Shown in pieces: positions 24,197 to 37,285 of a stretch of 64,000 nucleotides of DNA. Positions within the stretch are counted from its first letter, which is position 1. Each line of letters opens with the position of its first letter. This DNA comes from Octopus sinensis (Eukaryota), in contig NC_042999.1 in the NCBI RefSeq assembly GCF_006345805.1, positions 170,810,001 through 170,874,000 of the forward strand, given 5' to 3'. Position numbers and translations under genes: made by a program. Under the pieces are notes generated by a model. That model saw only the letters and a program-made list of their open reading frames with translations, searched no databases and was not told the DNA's origin.

Positions 24197-25140
24197 GATG
24201 CGATACCAGTCAGTGGCTTTTGTGACATTCTAATTTTAACTGATTGAAAGTGTTAACATGTACATGTTTTTCGTATTATAAAAGATGGGCTACAACAAAT
24301 ATTCTGTTCAATGCCAAAGGTTTACTTGTCAGTTGATTGATCTTAACATATCTTTTAATAACTGACGATATATGTGCATCCTTGATCATGAGCAGGAATA
24401 GTGGGAGAGCTGGTGGACTTCTGCTTTGCTGTTGTTCTACTTGAACTCATAGTTGTCGAGAGTTATGATGTCTGTTTTGTGTCCCTCTATCATAGCATAT
24501 GCCTGACCTTCCTCGGATTCTGTTGAGTCACAGACTTCTTTTTCGCCTTTTTGTGTTTTACCCTTCGCTTTGAATATGTTGTTTAATAACACAATGTGCA
24601 GTTTAATCAAAGCATACGAACGAATGAATTCGTTCTTTTTCCTTTCGATTTGTGTTATGGTCCAGTGAAAACCAAAGCTCACCTGGGTTTCTGCAAATAG
24701 ATATTTTGGTGGTGATCCTTCTGCTAATTTCCATATAAGGAACATCGTTTCTTTCTTCTTGAAACTACCAGTTTATTTGTATTTAAAAGGAGATGCTGTC
24801 GTTGGTGTAGTTGGTTTTGCAGGGGTCAATAATGCTGAGAGAAATTCTTTGGGGTTTTAATGATTAACCCCTGCAAACATAAATGTTTCTTTCATCTTCC
24901 TTAAGCAAACCTTATTCAGGGACCTTTTGAGAGCGATGGGCTACTCGACCTGACAAAATTGTAACTGGGCTCCTCCTGCAAGGTCATATACTGTTTATGT
25001 TGATATGAGATTGCCATGTCGCGTTCATTTGGTTGTGATGCATATGCCTGGTGTATCTTTATCAGACGGGTAGTGATATTGGGCTTCGTATATTTGTATT
25101 CTAGCGTCACTGTCATGGCATGTGTTGCTCTATCACTCAA
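24197..25140 (+). mobile_element. Unclassified AAT-tailed repeat, copy 2, interrupted by a 432-bp insertion
   Basis: Collinear with 14301-14850 on both sides of 24409-24840; ends TATCACTC-AATAATAAT. Confidence 0.75.
24409..24840 (-). repeat. 432-bp near-identical copy of 29422-29852 (piece of the neighbouring LINE)
   Basis: By-eye alignment gives 5 substitutions and one 1-bp indel. Confidence 0.92.
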
Positions 25141-26359
25141 TAATAATGACACACAACGAAAATTGAACTCTCTTTGTGATGACTCCATTCTCTGGATTAG
25201 ATGTCTATTTATGCTAATATCAGGAGTAAACTAAATATTTAAAGTAACGTTACTCGAAACAAATTTTCGAACTGAAGTAATAGAAAAATAGGTAGGTCTA
25301 GTAAATCGTTTATTAGTATGTCTTATACAACACAGAAAACTACTGTATCAATAGTAAATCCAGTATGGGAAATGTGACGCACAGTTAAACTAGTCCACAG
25401 TACGAGGCGGACAGAGGCACAATGTAGTAATACAATGAACAAATTATATTTTGGTGGAATAGTTCATAGTGCGGATGAAAAGGTTGAATGAAATTGGTGC
25501 GAATACAATGTGAAAAACACTGTACGCATACTATACATATATCCAGAGGGCAGTGGTTTTCAAGCTTCAGAATCCATAAGTATAAATTTATGTTAAGAAT
25601 ACTTATTAGGTACGTATAACGTAAGTGTAATTCTTCGTGCACCACTTTGAATAAATAACTCTATGAAATATTAATAATTCCAATTTCAGAGCGGTGATAT
25701 CTAACTTTTAGAAGTAACTTGAACGAAATGACAAATCTAGAAGAAACTACGGAACATACATTAAAATAATAATACATATTTTATATAACCTTTACCTGGT
25801 TGTGAAAATTACTTTCAGCAGAAATATGTTTATAAATTATATATAAGCATACATCTTGCCCCTATCTGGGGACAGACTCTTAAGTACAAGAGAATAACTG
25901 GCATTTTATTTGCCATCATTGCAACATTTGAAATTGCCGGATGATACCAGTCCGATGCGAAAATTCAGAATAACTAAGATAACACATCTTTACGTGTAAA
26001 ATTAGAAAGTGGTCAAACAGCAGAATTGCATGTTGAATTATTAAATTTCCCAGAATACATTAATACGGAAACACTAGCTAATATATAGTCACGTAACGCC
26101 TTGGTACACGTCAATCGATTTCCTGATGGTAATAGAAAAAACAATATTGTTTTGAAAGAATATAAAAGAAAAAAATGTTCCTTTTAATTTATACATCTGC
26201 ATATATTTTTCACGTGTCATATTGCAGAAATTATACATATTGTTTGCTTCTTTTATGCGTTATAGCCCAAAGGCTATGGCTGTGTTAGGGCACGATCAGT
26301 GTTATCACATATTCAATGGCTATTCTTTTGTGATTGGCTTTTGGTGAAAGAAGGAGTTC

Positions 26360-29300
26360 AATATTGCTACACTCTTTTGAGTTTCTTGTAGTGATGTAAG
26401 TTGATCCGCGAATTTGGACAGCAGGAGGAGGTCAAGTTGTTCCATCGAAATATCTATCCTAGTCCATATAGATCTCGCAGGTTTTCTGGCAAAATATTAA
26501 ATAACAATGGTCATTCAATCCCAGGTTTTTGCAGTACATGGTATTCACTCTAAACGGGATGGCTGGGATCTTTGGAATAGTGCAGTGTCGTCCAGTTCGG
26601 GGGCTGGTATTCTCGTTGCCAAACTTTGGTGCCAACCCATCCAGGAAATTCCATACGCACATCACTGCATATTTCTTCCGTCTTTTCTTCAGAAAGTAGA
26701 ATCGTAACTCTTTCACTTTCTCCCAGTATCTCAGCTCTTCCACTGATGATTTCTTCTTGGTGTAGCACCGCTGAACTGCTTTAAGTTCTGCCAGTATGTC
26801 GACAAACTGGGGTGATCAAAGTTGAGAGCACGTCCACATTGCTGAGAACAAGTGTTCCTTGGTCCCTTGTTCTGAAAGTTTCTAGAATCCATCCGGCCAT
26901 TTACATGTACATTGCTACCCTCTTGGTGATATGCACGTGAAACATAGCATTGATGCTCATATCGATCCCGAGATCACGCATTGGACTTAACTCTGGGATT
27001 GCCGTTTCTTTTCGTCCAAAGCATCATTATTGCGGCATGTTAGAACTTGGAATCTCCCTGAATTAAACTACATGTTGCTTTCTTAAGCCCATTTATATAT
27101 GTCATCTAGGTCTCTCTGTAGAAGATTAGCTGGAAACATTCCTTGACTGCTCGACTTCTGATGGTATGTCTGAAAGTGCAGCCATAAACAGCAGCGGCCT
27201 CAAGACATTTTCCTTCGAAAGGGTCCCATTGCCTTCTACAGCCTCGCTTCTGTCTTTTAAGAAGGCATGTAACCACTCCCCCAGTTCTCCGACTATGCTG
27301 AGTCTCCGCAGTTTCTGACATATCATCCTATGATCAACCTTTTCAAAAGCCTTTGCAAAATCAAGATCAAGATATGTCACATCAGCGTTTGAGCGATTCA
27401 TTAGTTGCTTCAACACCCAATTATAATGCAGCAGAAGTTGTGTAAGCCAGCTTCTTCCTGAGTGGGAACCATGCTGCGTGTCAGGGAATTATCTTATAGG
27501 AATGTGATCAGCTTCCTCCAGACAATGCACTCAATGATTTTGCTGATATGTAAAATTAGAGGCCTATAATTTCTACCAATCGTTCAGCTACCTCCTTAAT
27601 GGACAGAGCACATAATACCTCCTTTTAAGTTCTGATAAATCTCCCATACGCAAGGGAGCTTTGGACACCGATTCGTAGTGGTCTTGTTAGAGACCCTTTG
27701 CATTTCTTTGGGAGGATCGTTGGGAATCTATCAGAGCCTGTGGATGAGATTATGCCCATTTCCTAAATGGCAAATATATTAATTTCATTGACTTCAATGT
27801 AATCAATAATTGCCATCTCTTCGCGTAGAGTGGTGATGCTGAATGTCTGATCAGGCACGACTATTTGCAAGTATCCCAACGGAGTTATGAAAAAACTTTC
27901 GTATTGCACATTCGGTATTTCCCATATCCTCTGAGGCTCTGCAGTCAGTGAGCCATTTTCTTCGAACAGTGATCCTGTCTTGTACTGTACAGACTAAGAT
28001 ACTTTTGCAAATCTGTAGAAGACTTTAGGGTTTGTATTCACATTTTTTACATCCCCAGCTTCTTTTTCTGCGCTCTTCTTTTCATTGGAGTGTTTGAGTT
28101 CACTTTCCATCTCAAGCAATGTTTTTTATTTTTAGATAAGATTCTTCGCTGTCTTTTAGTAGCCAATTTAGACGGTTTGAGATCTTTGTTTGTTGTCTCA
28201 TAAGAATGTTCCTATCCCTGAGAATTATGCTTCTATTTTGGCTTCACAATCTTTCGGGAGCAAACTTACTGTATGCGTCATGCATGATTATCATAAAGTG
28301 CTGTACCTTTATGTCAACATCTTTCGTAAAGAGTCTTGTAGACCAAGTTTGTTTCATGACCTCTTTCTGAATACCCTTTCCAATTAGCTTTATGAAATTT
28401 CAGGCTGGAGAGGAGTTGGATGCTTCTGTAGCATGCATGTCTGCAGCTTTCTGTGGACCACACATCGTTAGCGTTATTAAGTTATGGTCAGAGAACATAG
28501 TCGATGTCATTTAACATTATGGATGAGCGCCGCGTTATTTGTGAAGTAGATGTCCATAGAATGTTTGCCGCTTGTGGGGTCAAGTATTATTTTCTCTATA
28601 AAAAGCATATTTGTGAGGTCGAACTCTGCTTGTCTCTGTTTAAGCAGCAACATACCTGAGAGAAGGCGGCCCTTTGGTCATTCGACATTAGGGATATATG
28701 TAAAGGCTGTAATCTAGGGTGGTTAAAATAATACTTCTTCCATCTTTCTAAAACTGTCTTCGAATGAGTGCCCAGGACTTTGAGCACCTGGTGAGGGATA
28801 TATAGCACATATTACCTTTTGTTCTGTTTAATGTATACTTCTAGAGTGTCACAAACTGAGGTTGAGTGTAACAGTAGAACGACAGGTGTGACATCTTCCC
28901 GGATGTACACTGTAACACCACCATGACAATTCCTTCACTCCTGCCAGTTCGAAATGAAACATACTTTCGTATGTATATCGCAGCATCTGACACGTCAGCT
29001 TTACGATGTCTTTCTGTTAGTGAATATTGCTTGATTACATGTACCTAAATTTCCAGGGTATGGGGTTTTGTGTTGGTAAGATGTTACAAGGCCCCTAACA
29101 TTCAATAGGAATACTGGTGTGACAAAATGGGTATCGGTAATGTTCACTTTAATGACATTTGTAGAGGCGTCGGAGGTGACTACTCTGGATTTTTTTGTTT
29201 TGTTTATTTTCAGCGGTATTGAGTGCTGGTATGTGTTTCTCAGACTCAATGTATATCTACAGCTAGTCTCAATCCAACCATGCCAAAGGCTGTTTGGGTT

Positions 29301-29852
29301 TTCATTTTTCCCAGGTTCTAATTCTTTTTGTTTTTACTCTCACCTTGATTCCATGGTCATCGTGAGCTTGCTTACTAGCTTGCTTCTGCTTTCATTGTTG
29401 ATTTACTTAGATATTGTTTTTGCTGGTGGACTTCTGCTTTGCTGTTGTTCTACTTGAGCTCATAGTTGTCGAGAGTTATGATGTCTGTTTTGTGTCCTCT
29501 ATCATAGCATATGCCTGACCTTCCTCGGATTCTGTTGAGTCACTGACTTCTTTTTCGCCTTTTTGTGTTTTACCCTTCGCTTTGAATATGTTGTTTAATA
29601 ACACAATGTGCAGTTTAATCAAAGCATACGAACGAATGAATTCGTTCTTTTTCCTTTCGATTTGTGTTATGGTCCAGTGAAAACCAAAGCTCTCCTGGGT
29701 TTCTGCAAATATATATTTTGGTGGTGATCCTTCTGCTAATTTCCATATAAGGAACATCGTTTTTTTCTTCTTGAAACTACCAGTTTATTTGTATTTAAAA
29801 GGAGATGCTGTCGTTGGTGTAGTTGGTTTTGCAGGGGTCAATAATGCTGAGA
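26360..29852 (-). mobile_element. Degenerate CR1/Jockey-group LINE (APE endonuclease + RT, probable ORF1 remnant)
   Basis: Minus-strand fragments LNVRGL, HGGVTVYIRE, DIYFTNN and FSDHNL (APE), and LDFAKAFEKVDH, GEWLHAFLKDR and YWEKVKELRFY...RRRKKY (RT and C-terminus); many stops and frameshifts. Confidence 0.8.
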
Positions 29853-29908
29853 TAGGAAGTAAGAGAGGTCAGAAAGAAGTAGAGATAGATATGCAGAGAA
29901 AGGGAGGT

Positions 29909-29940
<32 letters not shown>

Positions 29941-31145
29941 CATGTAAAAGTAGTCAACAAAATCAGAGAAAGGAGTCATAAACGTAGATAGAGATGACGT
30001 GACAGAGAGAGAAAAACGAAGTTAAGAGAGAAGGACGTAGAGGTAATCAGGAAAATAGAGAGAGGTGAGAGAAAAAGAAAGCAAAGAGAGAAGGTGATGG
30101 AGAGAGAGAGATGGATGTAAATGGAAATGCTGAGACAGAGAGCGAAAACTGTGGAGATAAAAGGAACAGATAAATCACATTAAGAGAAATGGAGAGATAG
30201 AAGGAACGATATCGATAAAGAGAAATCATTGAAGATATACATGAGCATCTGTAAGAAAGAGATAGAAAGGAGAAGAAGAGGACACAAGAAAAACTGAAAT
30301 AGGTAGATGAATAGATCGATGTAAATGTAAATAGAGATACAGACACAGCTCAAAGACAACGATAAAAATTCAATCTGACACCAGGCACATGATAATAAAA
30401 ATTGTCAGCATGCACCGAGGAAGCCAGGAAAAGGAGAGAATAATAAACTTATGTTGAGACTGGTCAGATAAAAAGAAAATAAAATTCTCCACGGTTTGAC
30501 ATGTTCTTACCTAGAATGAATGATTTCACCTACGTGATTCGTTATAGAAATTGTAAGCTAACCTGAGGTTCCAGAAAATTTTGAATTTGATGTTTTAGGA
30601 ATCTACAAAATTGCATACAAACATTTGGCTTATACAAGTTGGAATCTTAACGACCGGAATTTCTCAGAAAAAGTACAGTCAAATGCAAATATCAATCTAT
30701 ATTTTACGCAACCCGTGGTTCACAGTGGGAAAATTCTTTATAACTGCGTAGCAATTCATTGACTGAAAGATAGTTTATATTATGGTATACTGGCAGTAAT
30801 GTATTTCAAACAAAGGCCACCTGGATTTCAGTTTAAATAGAACTGCTTGCAATTTTTCGAGGTTTTCCAGGAGCTTGATTTCACACACTTAATAAGTAGG
30901 CGTCTCATTAGTATATATAAATATATATAGTTGCTATTATGTTAAACTTTCGTATGTCCAAATTTGGTCAAATGCGCTTTTTTCAATATTTCTTTTTGCT
31001 TGCAGTAGCAAACTATCATATCTCCAGCTGCTTCAGATGCCAAGACATCAAAAACTGTCAAAATGTAGTACAACAGTTTTGCTCGATTCTTTCATTTTCT
31101 GAAAAAGCAACGTTTTGGACTAAAGACACTTTTGCATAATAGCAA

Positions 31146-31185
<40 letters not shown>

Positions 31186-31231
31186 TATATATATAAATTA
31201 ATCAAAATAAAAATAAAAACATGATGCCAAG

Positions 31232-31323
31232 GATTCAGCGGTACATATGTTTCGGGCCTTTATTAGACAGATTTATAACAATGCATAATGTGTGTCTATG
31301 GCCTTCTTCAGCCGCGCACAATC
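31232..31323 (-). ncRNA. Type I hammerhead ribozyme motif (left arm)
   Basis: Reverse-complement copy of the 31690-31781 motif with the catalytic core intact. Confidence 0.7.
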
Positions 31324-31689
31324 ACTACCTCAAGGACATGTATTACATCAAAAATTCTACGTTGGGGATGCAAATCCTCTCAGTCGCGTCCTGAACTTTC
31401 ACATTTTTATATTTTTTTATCCTTCGTCCTGAACTCTTGCCCCTCCATCTTTATCCCTATTTACTCTTATTACCAGGTTCCTTCACATCTGTCTGTATTT
31501 ATATATGTATATATTTATTTATTCATTTATTTATATTACCTCAACATCCAAGCTTCCTCATTCTACATTGAGAGAAGGACGCGATGGACGCTTCATTTTT
31601 GTGCTGGTGCCGCATTATGTCGTACGCGACTGAGAGGATTTGCATCCCCAACGTAGAATGTTTGGTGTAATACATGTCCTTGAGGTAGT

Positions 31690-31781
31690 GATTATGCGCG
31701 GCTGAAGAAGGCCATAGACACACATTATGCATTGTTATAAATCCGTCTAATAAAGGCCCGAAACATATGTACCGCTGAATC
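31690..31781 (+). ncRNA. Type I hammerhead ribozyme motif (right arm)
   Basis: GCGG-CTGAAGA-A.GGCC.ATAGAC..GTCTA..GGCC.C-GAAA-CATATGT-A-CCGC. Helix I is GCGG/CCGC (plus GATT/AATC), helix III is the palindrome ACATATGT, and the cleavage triplet is GUA. Confidence 0.72.
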
Positions 31782-31893
31782 CCTGGCATCATGTTTTTAT
31801 TTTTATTTTGATTAATTTACTCCACCACCTACACCACCAAACGGTATATACAGGTGCTTACAATTATCAAGTACTCACCCTGAATTATATATA

Positions 31894-31957
<64 letters not shown>

Positions 31958-32299
31958 TTGCTAAAAAAAATAAATAAATGAATTAATTAATTAATAAACA
32001 AGATAATATATAAATATAAAAATATACATACATATATATATATTTGTATATATATATTTAAAATTTATAAGTTTAAATTATTTAAATAATTTTTTAATTT
32101 TTAACTTTTATATTTTTAAATTAATTTTATGTATTGGCTTATGTTTTTCACTGTTTGATTTGCCTAACAGTGGTTTATTCTCTAATTTAATATAATATAA
32201 TATTATATATATATATATATATATACATATATTTGAAAATGGATGCGTGACGTTCAATCATATAATATATATATATATATATTTATGCATATATAAATA

Positions 32300-32347
<48 letters not shown>

Positions 32348-32479
32348 TACAAACATACATATGTATATACATATGCATATATGGGTGCAGGACGTCACAT
32401 AACGTAAACAACATGAATTACAAAGACAAACTTGGGTATGCGAACAACGAAAGAAACAAATGGAAAACAAGACAAGTAA

Positions 32480-32740
32480 CATAAAGAACGACCCTTCATC
32501 AGTTGTCGGCTGTCCATCTACTTCTCATTTTGAGCAATTAACGACAATATGAGGCTTCAAAGGCAGTCGCTCCCACGTACAAAAATAAAATTTGAGATTT
32601 GCGGAGGGTGAAAGTTGGTAACAAAAACAGGACAGTGAAGACATACAACAAACCAAACGAAAGCAAACATGGAGGGCTGTTGGGCCAGATGAGGTAAGGA
32701 CTTCTCTGCTATCTTTTCTCTTGTCAAAGACAATATTCCT
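32480..32740 (-). mobile_element. Possible degenerate Penelope-like 3' end
   Basis: The minus strand has CCGACAACTGATGAAGGG (the 5' half of an HHR core) but no matching GAAA half; weak. Confidence 0.25.
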
Positions 32741-32779
32741 CCAGCGCTCGCTACCTTACCTTATATAAAAATACCATTT

Positions 32780-32831
<52 letters not shown>

Positions 32832-33655
32832 TGTATGTATGTATGTATGTATGTATGTATGTATGTATTTATGTATGTATGTATGTATGCAAGTGTGTAG
32901 GGCAAAACGGTCGATAGAAAAGTGAGGTTCGCTAAGGTTGTAAAGGATAAGACTAGAAAAAGAAACGCCTAGGAAACAAATGGTGGTGTCGGAGTTAGAA
33001 GTGAATCCCTATGCAATACCAAAGAAAAATGAAGGAGTTCAGAGCTGCGCCGTTGTCCATTATCTGTGTTTAATTGGAATTAACTTGGAGTTAACACTGT
33101 ACATAAAAACCTTTGTAATTCATTCTGAATGCATGTATGCAAGTAGTTCTCGGCTTCATGAATCAACATTTTTCCCGTTCGTTATCGTTGTTAGTAAAAA
33201 GAATTAACGAATGCCCTGAAAACAATATTATTCAAGGGGATTACTGACATAAATAATCATCCCATACTAGTTATATCTATAGAGATTAACAATAAATGAA
33301 TGATGATTAACAATAAATAAATGAATGATTTCGTTTGAGCAGTGCGATTTATAAATCTGCATAAATCCCATCATTTGGTTTCTAAATTGGGTATTTTCAC
33401 ATTGCCGTAGTTACCTTATCGTGCTGGAATAGCTACCAGTTATTTTGGGCAATAAACATAGAAATAGCTGGTGTCATAGTCAGTTGATAGGGAAATCTAC
33501 CTTTCACCCCAGTCATACTTAGGAAAATAGAGTTAAGATTAGACACTGAATAATGTACGGGTAATATATTTCAGGAAGTTAGTAACTTGTCCATAAAAAT
33601 GCCGTAAGATCGCCAGCAGCAATAGCAGGAATAGTTGTTGTAGTAGTGGTAGTGT

Positions 33656-33700
<45 letters not shown>

Positions 33701-35369
33701 TAGTATTAGTATTAGTAGTAGTAGTAGTAGTAGCAGTAGTAGTTTTTGTTGTTGCTGTTGCTTAGTTTTTGTGAGAGTAGCAAACCTGCGAAAATAGTAA
33801 TAACGCTATTAATAATAGTAAAAGCAGACCCTCTTTACAAATATTATTGATTTTTTATTTCAGGATAGTTTGGAGACATCATTACGCTACGAAAATATGC
33901 TATTGCGTGAGACTTCAAGAAAAATATTTTTCGCTGAAATCATCTACATATCTGAGTGTCTTTATTTTTTCCTGCATGCATGTAAGTTTATTTGTTTGAC
34001 TTTTTATCCCCCGAATTTCTCATAGATATTCTTTAAAGTAAGACTGATTTGACAGAATAATGGATCGCTCTGGGAGTGGAATATATTTGAGCGGCAGTCA
34101 TATTGCAATTCAATTGCACTATAGCGGGAGGTTGGGTGTTTCGATAGTTTTTATTCCTTCCCACCAAAGAAGAATATTCAAGATAATTGTAGAGGAAGAG
34201 CCAAGATAGATAAAGGGACAGAAAAAAAGGAATACAATTATATGAACAGAGTTAGGGAAGAGAGAAACGAAAAGAGAAAAAACAGAATGATGGAGAGTGA
34301 AAGAAAGAGAGCTAATTGGCAGAAAATGTTAATGGTTTCCAATGGGTGTATTTTTGTGTGCCAGGAATGCATTAAAGGCAATTGCAAATAACAAGAGAAA
34401 GAATAATACAACAACAAGAATACAGTCACAGCAGCAGTAATAATATTGACAAATGTAGGCATGAAACATCATACAGAGAAAATGGATAAAAAAGAAAAGA
34501 AAAGAAAAAAACAAACTACTGCAATAACAATGATAAGTACAACAATAACAACGCCATCAACAGCAATAACAATACCAACAACGATCATAGTATTCTTGTT
34601 TTCGCTTTCCCAACATTTGAATAATAAAATAATACATAAAAAATAAACATTACAAGTAGAGAGAAAACATCGGGACCTGACAATGATTACGAAACATATA
34701 GATGTGAAATATGCTGTTTATACATGGAAAATATAAACAGAAGTTCACAGTTAGATATAGACATACACGCATACTTGTTTGTATATCTACGTATATGAAT
34801 GCGTGTGGGTGTGCGAATTATATGCATACTTATACACACACACCGGCACAAACACACACGCACTCACACACACGCATGTAGGGTAGGATTAAGGGAATAA
34901 GTATATGAAACCCCCAAGAAAACACAAGAGTGTTTGGGGAAGGTAGAAAAAGAACCTGTTGAGATTAACGCCAGCAATTGTACAAAGCTGTAAATAATCT
35001 GAAGGTATTGCATGATTAAATCATCAAAGTAGAACTGAAGATAAAATATCAATAAGAGTGTATGAGGTGTGCACACATACATGTCTATATGTGTGTGTGT
35101 GAATGTGTGTGCGCGCGTGTGAGCCAGAGTGTGTATACATATGGTATCTACACACAAGAAATAGTGCGTTTTTTTTGTACATATAAATATATAATCTACT
35201 TTATATATTGAATGTTCTTTCCCTCCCTTTGTACACAAGAAACCTATTCATCTCCACCATGCACACATACATATACCCACATATAATGCTCTAACATGTT
35301 TTTCCGTCAGTTACCTTCCGTATACTAATACTAACGCAAATGTGTGTGTGTGTTTGCGAGCGTGTGTGT

Positions 35370-35449
<80 letters not shown>

Positions 35450-36129
35450 TTTAAAACTCTAAAGAAGAATATGAAAATGGAAACTTTGTCTTCCTAGAAA
35501 ATTTATATGAATCTAAAGATACAGTCTTCGTATAGAATATTTCGGCTCGTATTAGCCATCACATTTATTTAATACTTAGGTTTTCTCAGTTTTCTAAACT
35601 GTACTATCCTTTCATATGATGTTCTTGCGTCAAATAATGAATCTCATTTACACAGGTAGTTTAGCTTGTGCGTGTTTAGGTAATATAATAAAATAACTGT
35701 TCATCTACCGCAGAAATGCAACAAATATATACAATTGTTTCACCTTTCATATTCTGTGTTACTTCTGGAGTTATTGTAACGGCAACTAGGCAGCTCCGAC
35801 ATTTCAAAACAGCCCTGTTATATATAAAAATAATGTTTGTCGGTCAAAACTAACTCATCGTTTTCTCGGACAATGCATATGCACGACTATATCATCCAAT
35901 GAATAGCTCGTATTTCAATACTCGACTGTGATTTGCAAGCCATGTAGATGATCATTCATCGTTACGTTTATCAACAGGTAATCAACACCATTCGTTGAAG
36001 AAGCTTAGAATAAATAGTTTAAATCAAGCCCTGAGGAAACAACGTATATCATCTTATATCTTATTCCAGTTGTTAGTCAATTATTTTTCATCTCTTCCAC
36101 ACACACAAGCATGTACATGCGCATACATA

Positions 36130-36700
36130 TTACATGCAAGATATATATGGTGGCTGCCTCCTCGTTATCGAGTATGGCCATTGCACGAAGCTTAATCAAT
36201 GTTGTTATCGTGCAATGCCTGTGCAAGATGATTTTTTTTTAAAGTGAGGAAAGGGTGTGCACTGAGTCAATCTCACTCACTAAGCAACAGCAGCCATAAT
36301 CCGAAAAGAACAAGTCAACATCATCGGTAACCACTGAGCTGCAGGTTTTATGTCGTAGTTATCCCAGTTATCTGAGTTACCTTCTCTTAGAAGCATGCCC
36401 TAACAAAGGCTAGGAGTCCTTCACTCCCAATGGTTTAACCGCGCGATCGGGTATTCAGTCCGATTATTTCTATGTCCCCGCGCATGATACAGCCTTAAGA
36501 CATTTATTGGATGACCGTTGACTCTCAAGAGTTCCTCCGCCCTTTGACGGGTTTTGTTTTTCATCCCGCCGGGTGTCCAATAAACACCCTCTTCACCAAG
36601 CAAGCTCGGTGGGATTGCCGGTTTAGTCGCCGACGACTCGACCATGCAGTAGGTTGTACTGGGTTACATGTTACCAGTAGCACTCGAAAGTGACCTGCAA
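36130..36700 (-). mobile_element. GC-richer interspersed repeat, possibly the 5' non-coding region of an RTE-type LINE
   Basis: Composition shifts abruptly and the segment is bounded by (TA)n; no protein motif was recognised. The family guess is from general resemblance only. Confidence 0.25.
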
Positions 36701-36730
36701 GATATATATATATATACAAACATACATACA

Positions 36731-36786
<56 letters not shown>

Positions 36787-36797
36787 GATACATAGAT

Positions 36798-36836
<39 letters not shown>

Positions 36837-37087
36837 GTGAGTTAAAAACATATAATAAATGCATAAATGCACACATGGTCACCAACACCCCATCAGTAAT
36901 CGGCCAGGAGGTCAATCGCAATTTCGTGCTTAAGCGATAATATTGAATACCATATTGCCGGCAATTGGTGAGCCAAACAAAAAAAAAAAAAACAAGAAGC
37001 AAGGCAGAAAGCGTACAAACAGACAAGAATGCGATACAGATAGTTAACATACAAATGTGGAATAAATGTAATCCAAAAGAAGACAAT

Positions 37088-37130
37088 TAGTTGTCAAGTG
37101 ATGGCAGGGGGACAAACAAAGACACGAAGA

Positions 37131-37181
<51 letters not shown>

Positions 37182-37285
37182 ACACACACACAAACACACA
37201 CATACATATATATATACACGACGTCTACCAAATCCACTTACAAAGCTTTGGTCGGCCCGAGGCTATAGCAGAAGACACTTGGGAA
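37088..37285 (-). mobile_element. Partial copy of the CORE-like tRNA SINE with internal (CA)n
   Basis: CTACCAAATCCACTTACAAAGCTTTGGTCGGCCCGAGGCTATAGCAGAAGACACTTG matches about 59606-59665. Confidence 0.7.

Larger units (their letters stand above)
31140..31963. mobile_element. Fold-back element with 196-bp inverted arms, probably a Penelope-type inverted pseudo-LTR remnant
   Basis: Arms 31194-31389 and 31624-31819 differ at 5 positions around a 234-bp spacer. An outer inverted motif reads TAGCAACGA(TA)n ... (TA)nTCGTTGCTA. Each arm holds an HHR motif. Confidence 0.8.

Noticed and set aside
5856-33906. Short AG...GT-bounded candidate exons at 5856-5912, 15660-15720, 18135-18160 and 33864-33906
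   Set aside because: Such signals arise by chance in AT-rich DNA; no coherent or recognisable protein can be assembled.
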